Shown in pieces: positions 11,673 through 24,129 of a stretch of 60,000 bases of DNA. The notes beneath the pieces are model-generated. The model was not told the origin of the DNA. It saw only the letters and a list, made by a program, of their open reading frames with translations, and made no database searches. Each line of letters opens with the position of its first letter. Positions within the stretch are counted from its first letter, which is position 1. The translations under genes and the position numbers were made by a program. The DNA comes from Vicugna vicugna (Eukaryota). Location of the stretch: positions 2,315,339-2,375,338 of the forward strand of contig MU061538.1 in assembly GCA_013265495.1 (NCBI GenBank), in the 5' to 3' direction.

Positions 11673-12285
11673 ATATCCTTTGAGGGGTGCGCGGGGCAGA
11701 GCCCTGCGCTGCGCTGCCAGAGCGCGCCGCGCTCACGGCCTCCCGCGTGCGGAGGCCACCGCCCGCGGTGGTGGCGCGCGGCCGCGCGCTCCGCGGGCCG
11801 CGCGCTGGAAGCCGTGTGCCTGCCTCTCCGGCTTTTCCCACCGGCCACGTTCACCCGCGCGCACCCTTCCTGTGCTCCCGTTACTCTTGGAGCCTTTTCT
11901 CATGTCTGTGGCCTGAGAGTAGCCTGTGTTTTGCCCCAGGTGGGTGGCTGACAGTTGCCGGGGTTGGCCGGGGCCCAGAAGACGCAGGTAGGGGGCGGCT
12001 TTCCATGGTGGGGGTCAGGGGTGTCAGCCTTCCCACTCTGCAGGGCTCGGGGGTGGAAAGGACCCGGGGAGGGCGGCTCGCCCAGGAGCCTGGTTCCCCC
12101 CCAACCCCGCGGCCCCCGCGCTCAGGCTGGGCGAGCCCGCGCCTGGGCCTCGCCGCCCTGGGGCTGGGCGAGCAGCCCGACCGCCCGGCTGAAGCGGCCG
12201 AGAGAAGGGCGCTCACTGACCAGGCCTGCGGGTCGCGGGCGTCCCCCTCTTGCTGTCTGGAGGCTGTTTTCCTCAACGGGCCCAC
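11673..12285 (+). other. PAXIP1: U12-type (minor spliceosome) AT-AC intron, last intron of PAXIP1, 613 nt
   Basis: 5' end ATATCCTTT (U11 consensus); branch sequence TTCCTCAAC at 12269-12277; terminal AC at 12284-12285; splicing gives TC|G TAT AAG TTT AAC TGA, the known C-terminus ESYKFN*. Confidence 0.93.
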
Positions 12286-12301
12286 GTATAAGTTTAACTG
12301 A
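12286..12301 (+). CDS. PAXIP1: PAXIP1 terminal exon, coding part (S)YKFN-stop
   Basis: g tat aag ttt aac tga after the AC acceptor; matches recalled PTIP C-terminus LDYESYKFN. Confidence 0.93.
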
Positions 12302-12700
12302 GGCACCTGCACTGCTGACCGGAGCTCAGACGCCCTTGTCTTCCAGCTGCTTTCTCCCCGTGCCGAGCGTTTTAAAGCAGGAAGACAAGCATAATATACT
12401 GCATCTTATTAAGGTGTGCGATTTTATCCTGAGGAAACATAAATTATGTTTTGTATTATATGACTTTAAGGGCCCACATTAGGTTTTATGATTCATTTGC
12501 CAGGTTTTTAAATGTTTTCACAACACTGTTACTGGAACTTCAGCTACAAATAAAATGGTGTAAATAAAGACCTCACTCTAAATTATGGATATTAGATCTG
12601 AAATGTTTTGTACTTTTATTTTTATTTCTTATACTCTTTTCTTTTATACTGATACCTTGCCACATTTTAAATAAATGTACTTTTGAACTTTACTTAGAAT
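12302..12700 (+). terminator. PAXIP1: PAXIP1 3' UTR with poly(A) signals
   Basis: AT-rich UTR with AATAAA at 12549, 12563 and 12670 (another at 12848); cleavage site inferred. Confidence 0.7.
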
Positions 12701-13930
12701 TGAGTGATCCTTTATTACCCATTTTTTGTGTTCATCGTTTGCATCAAAGTGGATCACATTTTAAGTAATTTCAAGGCAAAATATTTTCTAGTAAAATTTT
12801 CTCCTGAAGCAATATATTTCTGGAAGGCAGCCGTTTTCTGTCAAGGCAATAAAATCTCTTAGCAGAGGCATATTCAGAACATCTAGCAATTACCACGACA
12901 CAGGCACCCACCGGTCAGAGTCACTAATTCCGCAGGAACCCTGTCTGCACTGTTCCTACTCCAAATCTGGTTCCGACACACTTCCTGCTGGACCGTAGGA
13001 ACAGAAACATAGTAAGAGACCATCAGCTTACCAGCAGCCCTAACACAGAAGGTGTAATGCACTGGCATTTACTGGTGTGTCAAGACGGACGCTGTCACCG
13101 GCGCAGCACCACCCTCCCATCCCTGCCCATCAGGTGTGTTCCTGAACCTGAAGCGAGGAGTTTGCCTCCTCGTGATTCTGAGATGCCCTCCTAGAGACGT
13201 CTGTGACTGCTCTCAATGCGCCCTCTAACTGCACGGTCTCTACAGCGTGGCTCTTGAACACGGTTGAGGTGGAGCACATGTTATACAATGTTAACGGCGC
13301 GAATTCCACGTCACAGGAACTTCAGTGCTCTTGTAAGGCTCTGACGCTGGTCACACACATTCAGTACATCATCACTTCAGCTGTTTCTCCCAACTCATGC
13401 AGGAGCACATGGAGTTATTCCTACAAATGGAAAGAAACTCACTCGATTTCAAAGTGAGGCTCCTGTCTTCACAGCACTGCGCGTTCCCTCTCGAGTGCCC
13501 TGAACTTGCTGAGCTCTGGGGACCCGCCTGTTGCCGCACGGGCGCGCCTTCAGCCTCCCTCACCGCGACTGGGTGACACTTACTGTCTGTTGGAAACATT
13601 CCTCTGTCCAGCTCTTCAAAATGCACCCAAGCAGCACTGTCCTCCAGACACCCCACGTGCTGGCGCCTGCCTGCGATGTTAACAAGCGGCATCTCAGCGT
13701 GTGGGCTTCGTACGCTCATACCTTGGTACCTCAGCAAACAGAGATGGTCAACGGAGAATCACCCTTTTCTCCTCACATACCACGAGTGGAATTACTGCTG
13801 CTATGGAATAATTTACAGTCTGCAAAATCCCAGAAACAGAAGACTTTCATAAGTTGGAACAAAATCTTGACGGCACCGTGTTCAGAAAACTGCCTACTTG
13901 TACACCCGCTAAGGAAAGTGAAGGTGGTGG
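12690..13930 (-). pseudogene. Highly decayed, internally deleted processed pseudogene of FASTKD2 (mitochondrial FAST kinase/RAP-domain protein)
   Basis: Minus-strand translation across frameshifts gives colinear blocks resembling recalled human FASTKD2. RQFS..MKVFC/FLGFCRL ~ RQFS..MRLCCLGLCKP; TK-GMS ~ TKGIS; VREAE ~ MREAK; QCCEDRSL..CRN-HVL ~ NECDEICL..CKNVHVL; RALQE ~ KALRE; LNRV ~ LNHV; KLLAS ~ ELLTS; PS*HTSK ~ PSSHTNAK; IYCF..FALK ~ AYCL..LAMK. No introns apparent. Confidence 0.72.
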
Positions 13931-15759
13931 TGGAGTGAGTGCCCTCTGGGTGACTGCGTGCACCGGCTCAGTCTTCAGTGGAGACGGGGTGTGTGCTTAA
14001 GCAACATGCAGGTATGACTGATCTGATTAACCTTTCGACTTGTGGCTTTTTCCAAAGCTGCCAAGAAATAATCCTTAAAGACTCCAGGAGCTGTCAACAG
14101 CCAACTGGCTGGCACAGCTGCTAAGCTCTGGTTTGGAGGCTCAGAGGAAGTTACATACGAACATTTAAAAATAAAAAGTAAATCAATTTTGAGAAGCTGA
14201 TTAGGTTAGAAAAGTTGATTCAGTTAGAAAAATTTTTCTCATAAGAAAGGAAGTCTTTTACTTAATCTTGCTTTTGTCTGGCTCAGAGTTAACAGAAATA
14301 ATACAAACCACAAGTAATTTTAAAGTTTCAAGTAGCCACAGTAAAAAAAAAAAAAGCTTTTTGATTTTAGTTTCTAAAATTTAATATATCTAAAATACTG
14401 TTTTATTTACAAATAATATTTTCTGAGTTTTACCTTATTTTTTTCTTAAGATTTCATACCACCTACAGTTTAAAAAGTAGATTGACATACCCAGGTTAAT
14501 CTGAGTTTAAGTGTTCTCCAGCAACTGAGTGTGTCACTTTTTAAGTTAAAATGAATGATAAATAAGAGGAACAGGTCAATTCCCTGCTCACCCCCAGCAC
14601 ATCTCTGGCGCGCAGTGACCCGCGGGGGGCTGGTTGTGTTTGGGGGGCGGAAGCTGCCCTCAGCATCCTGTTGGACTTTCCAAATGAGGACAGAAGAAGC
14701 ATGGGTGCCATGCAGGCAGCACCTGCTCCACCCAAGCAAGTCCAGGAAGAATCACTCACGTCTGCCTCCTCGGGAAGATCGCGGGAGGTGGGCTCCCTGG
14801 AGGGCACGGCAGTGAGAGGCGGCGTGGGAGGAGTCAGCGTCCTCGCCCTGCAGGCTGACAGCCTCACCAGCAATACTGAACCCACCTTAATCCTGCAGGT
14901 ACCTGGTAATTCAAGAAAAGCTCTGTAGTCGCAGCCGCACGGCGCCATCTAAGTACTGGTGCTTGGAAAGAGCGAGGCCAATGAGACGGCTGCACCCGTC
15001 TCACCCGGCTGCACCCAATGAGATGGCTCCAAACCCAAGTGCTCTGTGGTCCCCCGGATCACTCGCTGCGTTGCATCGGAGCTAAGCGCGGATCCAGGCC
15101 CAGGTCTGGGGGTCCTGCCGCCAGCACCCCTTCCAGGGGCTCAGTGCTCCCGGGCGGGGTGCATCCCCTGCCCTGCACTTATCCGCATGTCCCCACCATG
15201 CTGGGCCACCACCAGCATCTCGGTTGCTGCAGCTCAGAGTGTGTCACCGTGTCATCGTCCCTCCCGGTGCCTCCCGCCTGTGCTCCCTTGACACAGAAGC
15301 ACTCACATCGCCCCAACCCGTCACCACCATGCTCATGTCCGTCCCCCTCAGGAATCTCAGCGGGCTCCTAGTTGCCTCCTGCCTCAGCCTCCTTCCTGCC
15401 CAGTTGTCCGCCATCCTTTGGCAAGAGCAATTTTTTTCTGAAATAGAATCCGGGCTGTCACATCCCAGCTAAAAAGAAACATCGAACTGTGACGTTTCGA
15501 ATCTGTCTTAATCTCCCATGACCCGCTCACCCCATCAGCCACACAGGTTCACTTGCTGCTCCTCACACGAGCTAACACCCATGCCGGCCTGGCCAGCTTC
15601 CCTGCTCACTACGACGGGCAGAGCTCCTCCCGACTCTTCCGGGCTTTCTCGGGCGCTTCTTCGTCCGCGCAGCCTTCGCCCTCCCACACAGTGATGCCTC
15701 AGAGGCACGGGGTGACTCCCAGCCGTCTCTCTGCACTGCTGTGACAAAGTACCAGCAGC

Positions 15760-16741
15760 AAAAGAGAAGACTGATCCGTTGGACCACATAGAAAGTACAA
15801 ACTTTAGTGCACCAAACAAAGGACACAGCAGAGTGAAATGCAACACACAGAACGGGTGAGAGAGCTACCAGCCATGCGTCTGACAAGGGGCTAATACCCG
15901 AGGCATAAAAAGAACGACCATGTTTCACCCAAAAAGCCACCTCATTTTAAAATGAGTTAAGGACCTGACTAGACATTTCTCCAAAGAAGACGTGTGAATG
16001 GCCAACCAGCATGTGAAGACGCTCGGCCTCCCTCCCCGTCGGGAGGCGCACGAGCAGCACACGGCCCCACCTCACGCTCGGCGGGAAGGCTGCTCTCCGA
16101 AAACAAAACAAACGGCACAGTAAGTGCTGGTGGGGAGGTGGGGAGGTGGAAGCCGTATGCACGCCGGTCGGGATGCAAAATGGTGCAGCCACGTGGAAAA
16201 CGATGTGGCCATTCCTCAAACTGTTTAAATATAATTACTGCATGATGCAGCAACTCTGCCTCTGGGGATGTACCCAAAAGGACTGAAAGCAAGGTCTCTG
16301 TGAGACACTTACACACCTGCATCCACAGTAGCATTATTCACAACGACCAAAAGTTGGAAGCAAACTAAGTGTACGCCAACTGATGAACGGATAAACGAAG
16401 TGTGGCTCCTACATACGCCGGAGTGCTACTCAGTCTGTGGAAGGAAGGAGATTCTGACACACGCCACAACACGGATGAAACTTGAGGACATAACGCTAAG
16501 TGAAATAAGCCAGACACAAAAGGGCAAATGCCGTATGATTCTACTTACACGAGGTCCCTCTAGTGGTCAAATTCAGAGACAGCAGGTGGTGGGGGAGGAC
16601 AGTGGAGAGTCAGTGTTTCATGGGACGAGTTTCAGTTTGGGATGATGGAAAGTTCTGGAGATGGGTGGTGGTGATGGCCACACAACAACGTGAATGTCCC
16701 TAATGCCAGTTAATTGTACACTTAAAAATGACTATTTTGGA
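15760..16741 (+). mobile_element. Old L1MB-like ORF2 end and 3' UTR, interrupted by a younger L1; last bases resume at about 23745-23795
   Basis: ILTHATTRMKLEDITLSEISQTQKGK (L1 ORF2 C-terminus); gtacacttaaaaatg 3' motif; ttttatgtgtatttcacaatttaaaa after the insert. Confidence 0.8.
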
Positions 16742-19700
16742 GGAGAGGTGCCAAGAGGGCGGAGTAGAGAGACTCACAGCTCGCCCTCTCCCACAAATAC
16801 ACCAAGAACTAAATCTGCAAACCCGATGAATCGCACAGAGCGCCTACTGAACTCTGGCAGTGTCTCTTGCTTCGAAATACAGGAGGAGTCCTCACAAAAT
16901 GGTAAGAGGGGGAAAAAAAAAAGAAAACCTTGGTGCAGGACGGGTCCTGCAGGGAGGGAGCGGTGTAGGAAGAAAGGCACCCTCACGCTGGGACACGCCC
17001 TCTCGCTGGGAGGTCAGTGGGGACAGAGGTGGAGCTTCCAAGGCTTGGAGGAGAAAGTGGCAGCTGCTTGACAACCAGAACCAAGATAAACTGGCAGGAG
17101 GGTCCCTGCGATCCCGGCCCTAGATGTGAGCCGGCAAGGACAAGTGGGACTGGCTGCTGGAGGCCAGCCTGGGGAGGGGCCACGGCCCACGGCACAGGGG
17201 CAGCCGCAGGGGAATGGAGGGTGTGTGCGGGGCAGAGCAGCCTGGGACCCCCATAAAAAAGCACCACTGCTGGTGTGGGGGGGTGTGCAGCGCAGCTGCG
17301 CCACACCACTTTGTCTGCTTGGCTCCGTCCTTGGTGTGTTCACAGAAGTTGGGGGGGCCGGGTCACAGCCATCACTGCTGCGCAGAGCGGGGCTGGCGGC
17401 TGAACCCACACCCCGCAACCTCGCAGGCAGGCCTGAGGGCGGGTTTACTCTCTCTGGCCTCTTTGTGGCCCCGGACCTCCGAGCAGAGTTGACTCCCAGC
17501 GGGGGGAGTGTGGGTGTCTGCCCCAGGCCGGCACACCCTGCCGCATGCAGAGGCGGGGCCGGGGGCTGCGCTGCCCCAGGGGGCACCGCGGAGTCACACT
17601 CGCTCTGGCGGGTCCTGGCGCCCGACGTTGGCGTATCTGCACTGTTGGTTCCTGGGGCCCGGAACCTGGGAGACACCAGAGCAGGTGGCCGACATTCCTG
17701 CAGCTGAGGCAGGGACAAAGGCAGTGTCAATAGAGTACTTTGCAAGCCCGCACAACAAGTGACAGACACCACCACAGAGGCACTGCCCAGGGGGCATCTC
17801 CTACAGAGGAACACTCAGCGGCTCTTCTCCCCAGCTGAAGTGCTCCAGCCCCACCTACCGCACACTGTAGCTCAGAAACGGGTCAAGAAGCCTCTGTTCC
17901 AGCAACAGGGGAGCAGACCTGGCCCCTGGCAAGGCTGTGACAACCACAGAACAAAAAAGGAGGCCCCGCTCAACACCACCACTCAGGGCAGGCTCCGATC
18001 ACACAGCACCAAGCACAGCCCCATCAAAGGGGCAACAACCAGCGCAGAAGGGAGACGTGCTGACCACGCACACTAAGAACAGCCCCACAACCGAACTGCT
18101 AGACGCACGGTCTGCACAGGAGTGCTCCCACTGTACATAAAGACACGCAAAATAAAGCAGCCCTCCAAGGCCACAGCAGACAACTGATGCTCCAAGATCC
18201 ATGGAGCCAGAGAAATGCAAGTAAAATGAAGCAGCAGAGGAACCACTCCCAACTAAAAGAACAAGAGAAGTCCCCTGAGAGAACGAACAATGAGACAGAC
18301 CTGGACAGTCTACTAGATCATGACTTCAAAAAGGGGGTGATAAAAGCACTGAAGGAAATAAAAGAGACTATGAATAGAGATGCAGAATACTATAAAAAGG
18401 GGACTCAATGGCTGAGACAAGAGCCGAGTTACAGGCAGTCAAAAGCAGAGTAGGCAATACAGAGGGGCGAATGAGTGACTTAGAAGACAGGATAACAGAA
18501 GTCATCCTATCAGAACAGCAGACAGAAAAGCAAGTAAAAACCAGTGAAAGCAATATAAGGGACCTATGGGATAATGCAAAGCATGCCAACCTACACTTAA
18601 TAGGGGCCCCAGAAGAGGAAAGAGAAAAGGGGGTTGAAAAGGTATTTGAAGAAATTATGACTGAAAACTTTCCAAATCTAAAGAAGGAAACAGATATCCA
18701 AGTACAAGAAGCACAGAGGGTCCCCAGCAAGAAGAACCCAGGCAGACCGACACCAGGACACATTATAACTAAGACGGCCACGGTGAAAGATAACGGATTC
18801 TAAAGGCAGCAAGAGAAAAATAAAGAGTTAGTTTCAAGGGAAACTTTGTAAGGCTTTCAGCTGATTTATCTACACCAACACTGCTGGCCAGAAAGGACTG
18901 GCAAGATATATTCAAAGTCCCGAATGAGAAAAAGCTGCAACCTGGAATACTTTATCCAGCAAGGCTATCCTTTAGAATAGAAGGGGAGAGAAAGAATTCC
19001 ACAGACAAGCAAAAACTAAAAGAATTCAGCAATACTAAACCTATTCTAAAAGAAATATTGAAAGGTCTACTCTAAATAACAAAGAAGCAGGAAGCTATAG
19101 AAAGAAGAAAACCACAACTGGAAACGTGATAACTACAATGAGTTGCAAGAGAATAAACATAAAGATGTAAAAACAAACAAAAAAAGGCAAGGGGATATCA
19201 AAATCATAAAAGGTGGGAGAGGGGAGCAAGAAAATACAGATTTTCTTTCCTCTTTTTTTTTTCTTTGTTTTTTTCTTCATTCTCTTTAGGATGTGCTTGA
19301 GCCTACAGGATTACCAATCTAAAGCAAACATATAGTAAGGGGCTAACACACTTGAAAAATAGAGTAACCACAAATCCAAAGCATGTAATAAGGTCACAAA
19401 AACCAAAAAGAAACCAAGCTAATACAAAAGAAAATTATCAAACCACAAAAAGAAAAATAAAAAGGAAAAGAAAGGAACAAACAGGAAATACCAAATCAAC
19501 TGGAAAGCAAAGTTCAAAATGGCACTAAACACACATCTATCAATAACTACTATAAATTAGTTATTAATTACTATAGATTAATTATTTAGTCAGTGGATTA
19601 AATGTTCCAGTCAAAGGACAGAGTGGCAGATTGATAATAAAACAAAAGCCTACAATAAGCTGCTTACAAGAGTCCCACTTTAGAGGGAAGGACACACACA

Positions 19701-22700
19701 GATTGAAAGTGACAGGATGGAAAAGATATTTCATGCAAGTGGAAATGACCATAAAGCAGGAGTAGCAATACTCACATCAGACAAAACGGACTTTAAAACA
19801 AAGGCCGTAAAGAAAGATAAAGAAGGACACTGTATAATGATCTAAGGAGCAATACAAGATGAGGATATTACACTCCTTAACATACAGGCATCCAATACAG
19901 GTGCACATCAATAGATAAAACAAATACTAACAGACGTAATAGGAGAAATTGACAGTAATAGTAGGAGACTTTAACATCCACGCACATCACTGGACAGGTC
20001 TTCCAGACAGAAAGTCTGTAAGTCAATGATAATAATGAGGAGATATTAAATGACACAATAGAACAGTTGGACTTGGTCGATATTTTCAGGACATTACATC
20101 TCCCCAAAACAGAATATACATTCTTTTCAAGTGCTTATGGAACATTCTCTAGGATAGACCACATATTCAGGCACAAAATAAGTCTCAACAAATTTAAGAA
20201 GATAGAAATCACTTTATGTATATTCTCTGATCACAATGGCATGAAACTAGAAATGAACCATAGAAAAACAAATGAGGAAAACACGACAGCATGGAGACTA
20301 AACAACATGCTACTAAAAACCAGTGGGTCAATGATGAAATCAAAGAAGAAATTAAAAATACCTTAAGACAAATGACAATGAAAACACAGCTACACAAAAT
20401 CTATGGGATGCAGCAAAAGCAGTCCTAAGAGGGAAGTTCACAGTGATACAGGTCTTCCTCAAAAGACAAAAACAATCTCAAACAATCTAACCTGCTACCT
20501 AAAAGAATCAGAAAAAGAACAAACGAAACCTGAAGTCAGCAGAAGGAAAGAAATAATAAAGATCAGAGAGGAAATAAATAAAATAGAGATTAAAAAACAA
20601 TAGGAAAAAAACCCAATCAAACCAAGAGCTGGTTTTTTTGAAAGAGTGAATAAAATTCACAAACCTCTGGCCAGGCTCACCAAGAAGCAAAGAGAGAGGA
20701 CACAAACAAGATAAGAAAGGAAAACGGAGGGATTATAACCACCACCACAGAAATGCAAAATATAAGAGAATACCATGAACAACTTTATGGCAATAAATTG
20801 GACAACTTAGAAGAAATGGACAAGTTTCTAGAAACATACAGTCCACCAAAACTGAATCAAGAAGAAACAGACCACTGAATAGACCCATCACGAGAAGTGA
20901 AACATAACCGGCAACAAAAAACCTCCCTGCAAACAACAGTCCAGGGCCAGAAGGCCGCCCTGGGGGAACTCTGTCAAACCTACGAAGCCGGGCTCAGATC
21001 ATCCTTCTCAAACTCTTCCAAATGACTGAAGAGGAGGGAATGCTCACAAACTCATTCTATGAAGCCATCATCACCCTGATACCAAAGCCAAAGACACCAC
21101 CAAAAAAGAGAATTACAGGCCAATATCACTGATGAACATAGATGCAAAAATCCTCACCAAAATATTAGCAAATAGAATCCAACAGCACATAAAAAAGATT
21201 ATACATCATGACCAAGTGGGGTTCATCCCAGGAACACAAGGGTGGTTTAATATACGCAAATCAATCAACGTAATACATCACATCAACAAGAGAAAGGACA
21301 AAAACCACATGATCATCTCAACAGATGCATAAAAAGCATCTGATAAAGTTCATCACCCATTTATGACAAAAATTCTCACCAAAGTGGGTATAGAGGGAAC
21401 ATATCTCAACATAATAAAAGCTATATATGACAAACCTACAGCCAGCATAGTACTCAGCAGTGAAAAGCTGAAAACCTTCCCTCTAAAATCTGGAATAAGA
21501 CAAGGATGCCCACTCTCACCACTTCTGTTCAGCATAGTCTTGGAAGTCCTAGCCATAGCAGTTAGACAAGAAAAAGAAATGAAAGGGATCCAAATTGGAA
21601 GAGAAGAGGTAAAATTGTCACTATATGTGGATGACATGATACTATATACAGAAAACCCTAAAGGCTCCACAGAAAAGCTATTAGAGCTGATAAAAGAATT
21701 CAGCACAGTAGCAGGATACAAGATCAACATACAGAAATCAGTGGCCTTTCTTTACACTAACAATGAAATATCAGAGAAGGAAAGAAAAAATAAAAAAGCC
21801 CTTTAAAAATCACATCAAAGAAAGAATACTTAGGAATAAACCTGATCAAGGATGTGAGACATACACAGAGAACTATAAAACACTAAGGAAATTAAAGATG
21901 ACTTAAAGAAATGTAAAGATATCCCATGCTCTTGGATTGGAAGAATTTATATTATTAAAATGGCCACACCACCCAAAGCATTCTACAGACTTAATGCAAT
22001 CCCTATCAAACTACCTGGGATATTTTTCACAGAACTAGAATAAATAATCCTAAAATTTACATGGAGTCACAAAATACCCAGACTTGCCAAAGCATCACTG
22101 AAGAAAAAGAATGAAGCTGGAGGAATAACCCTCTCAGTCTTCACACAATACTACAGAGCTACAGTAATCAAAACAGCATGATATTGATACAAAGACATAT
22201 GGATCAATGGAACAGAATAGAGAGCCCAGAAATAAACCTACAAACTTTTGGTCAATTAATCTTTGACAAAGGATGTAAGAACATACAATGGAGTAAAGAC
22301 AGTCTCTTCAGCAAATGGGGCTGGGAAAACTGAACAGCTGCATGTAAGTCAATGAAGTTAGAACACTCCCTCACACCAGACACAAAACTAAACTCAAAAT
22401 GGCTTAAAGACTTAAACATAAGACAAGATACTATAAGCCTCTTAGAAGAAAACATGGGAACACATTATCCAACATAAATCTCAGCAATGTTCTCCTAGGA
22501 CAGTCTACCTGAGCAACAGAAATAAGAGCAGAAATTAACAAACTGGACCTAATTAAACTTACAAGCTTTTGCACAGAAAAGGAAACCATAAGTAAAACAA
22601 AAAGACCACCTATGGAATGGAAGAAAATATTTGCAAAAGAGGAGACTGACAAGGGTTTAATTTCCAGAATATATAAACAGCTCATACAAATTAATAATAA

Positions 22701-23652
22701 TAAAAAAACCCAATTCAAAAATGGGCAGATCTAAATAAGCAATTCTCCAATGAAGACATACAAATGGCCAATAAGCACATGAAAAAAAAATGCCCAATAT
22801 CACTAATTATTAGAGAAATGCAAGTCAAAACCACAATGAGGTACCACCTCACACCAGTAAGAATGGCCATCGTTCAAAAGTCCACAAACGATAAATGCTG
22901 GAGAGGGTGTGGAGAAAAGGGAACCCTCCTAGACTGCTGGTGGGATGTAGTTTAGTGTAGCCATTATGGAAAACAGTATGGAGATTCCTCAAAAGACTAA
23001 AAATAGACTTGCCATATTATCCAGCAATCTCACTCCTGGGCATATATCTGGAGGGAACCTTAACTCAAGAAGATATATGCACCCCAATGTTTATAGCAGC
23101 ACTATTTACGATAGCCAAGACATGGAAGCAACCTAAATGTCCACCGAAAGATGACTGGATAAAGTAGTTGTGGTATATTTATACAGTGGAATACTACTCA
23201 GCCATAAAAAAGAATAAAATAATGACATTTGCAGCAACATGGGTGAACCTGGAGATTGTCATTCTAAGTGAAGTAAGCCAGAAAGAGAAAGAAAAATACC
23301 ATATGATATCACTTATATGTGGAATCTTAAAAAAAAATTCACAAAACAGAAAGACTCAGAGACAGAAAACAAACTTATGGTTACCATGGGGGAAGGGGAT
23401 GGGGAGGGATAAATTGGGAGTTTGAGACATGCAGATACTAACTACTGTATATAAAATAGATAAACAGCAAGGTCCTACTGTATAGCACAGGGAACTCTAT
23501 TCAGTATCTTGTAGTGACCTATAATGAACAAGGATATGAAAACGAATATATGTATGTTGATGTATGACTGAAACATTATGCTGTCCACCAGAAACTGACA
23601 CAACATTGTAAACTGACTGTACTTCAAGAAAAAAATATATATACAAAAAAAG
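16742..23652 (+). mobile_element. Full-length but disrupted LINE-1, about 6.9 kb (GC-rich 5' UTR, ORF1 about 18226-19075, ORF2 about 19519-23330, 3' UTR, A tail)
   Basis: ORF1 MKQQRNHSQLKEQEK..FEEIMTENFPNL; endonuclease GTFSRIDH and [34 protein letters not shown]; many stops and frameshifts. Confidence 0.96.
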
Positions 23653-24129
23653 GTATCTCGGGTAACTACGTATGGTGATTGATGTTAACTAGACTTACCG
23701 TGATGACTGTCTAACAATATATAAAAACACTGAATCAGTTTTTTAGAATGGCTGTTCTAGAAAGTTTTATGTGTATTTCACAATTTAAAAAAAAGAAACA
23801 AGAAAAGGAGATGGATAACACAGTTAAGCCAGTGAGCAGTTAAGGGGCGAGGAGCAAGCTGAGCTCAACCTTTTTTTTTTAATTGATTAATCAACCTTCT
23901 GTCTTTAAAGCTGTCACCGAACTCTCTTAAAACCAAGGGTTCAAAGCCTCAGATTCACTTGTAGAATTAAATTCTAAAAAACGTATCAGAGCGTGTCCAC
24001 GCACGTGTGTGTACACATTTTCCTGTGGCTTACATCACATCTGAAAAGGGTTTTGAGCCAGAAAGAGCCCACATTTATTGTGTGACAGACAGACAACAAT
24101 GGGTGGAGAAGCGCTTCGGGAAAGACAGG

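Larger units (their letters stand above)
11080..12250. promoter_or_regulatory. CpG-dense region over the last PAXIP1 exons and introns
   Basis: Runs of CGCG and very high GC content visible by eye. Confidence 0.6.

Noticed and set aside
11687..12301. 204-aa ORF ending in YKFN as an alternative PAXIP1 exon
   Set aside because: Out of frame by one base with the upstream exon, no ATG start, low-complexity GC-rich peptide; it shares only the true stop codon.
13372..13938. 121-aa and 135-aa ORFs as novel genes; BTB/BACK, hAT transposase or zinc-finger relic
   Set aside because: Those resemblances were isolated short words. Colinear FASTKD2-like blocks across several frames explain the region better, and no intact frame remains.
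17014..17814. 266-aa minus-strand ORF in the L1 5' UTR (ORF0-like)
   Set aside because: GC-rich 5' UTR with several overlapping open frames and no recognisable motif; no support beyond composition.
18187..23425. Active retrotransposon or domesticated RT gene; unusual YVDD motif
   Set aside because: ORF1 and ORF2 are broken by many stops and frameshifts. YVDD is simply explained by a C>T change from YADD.
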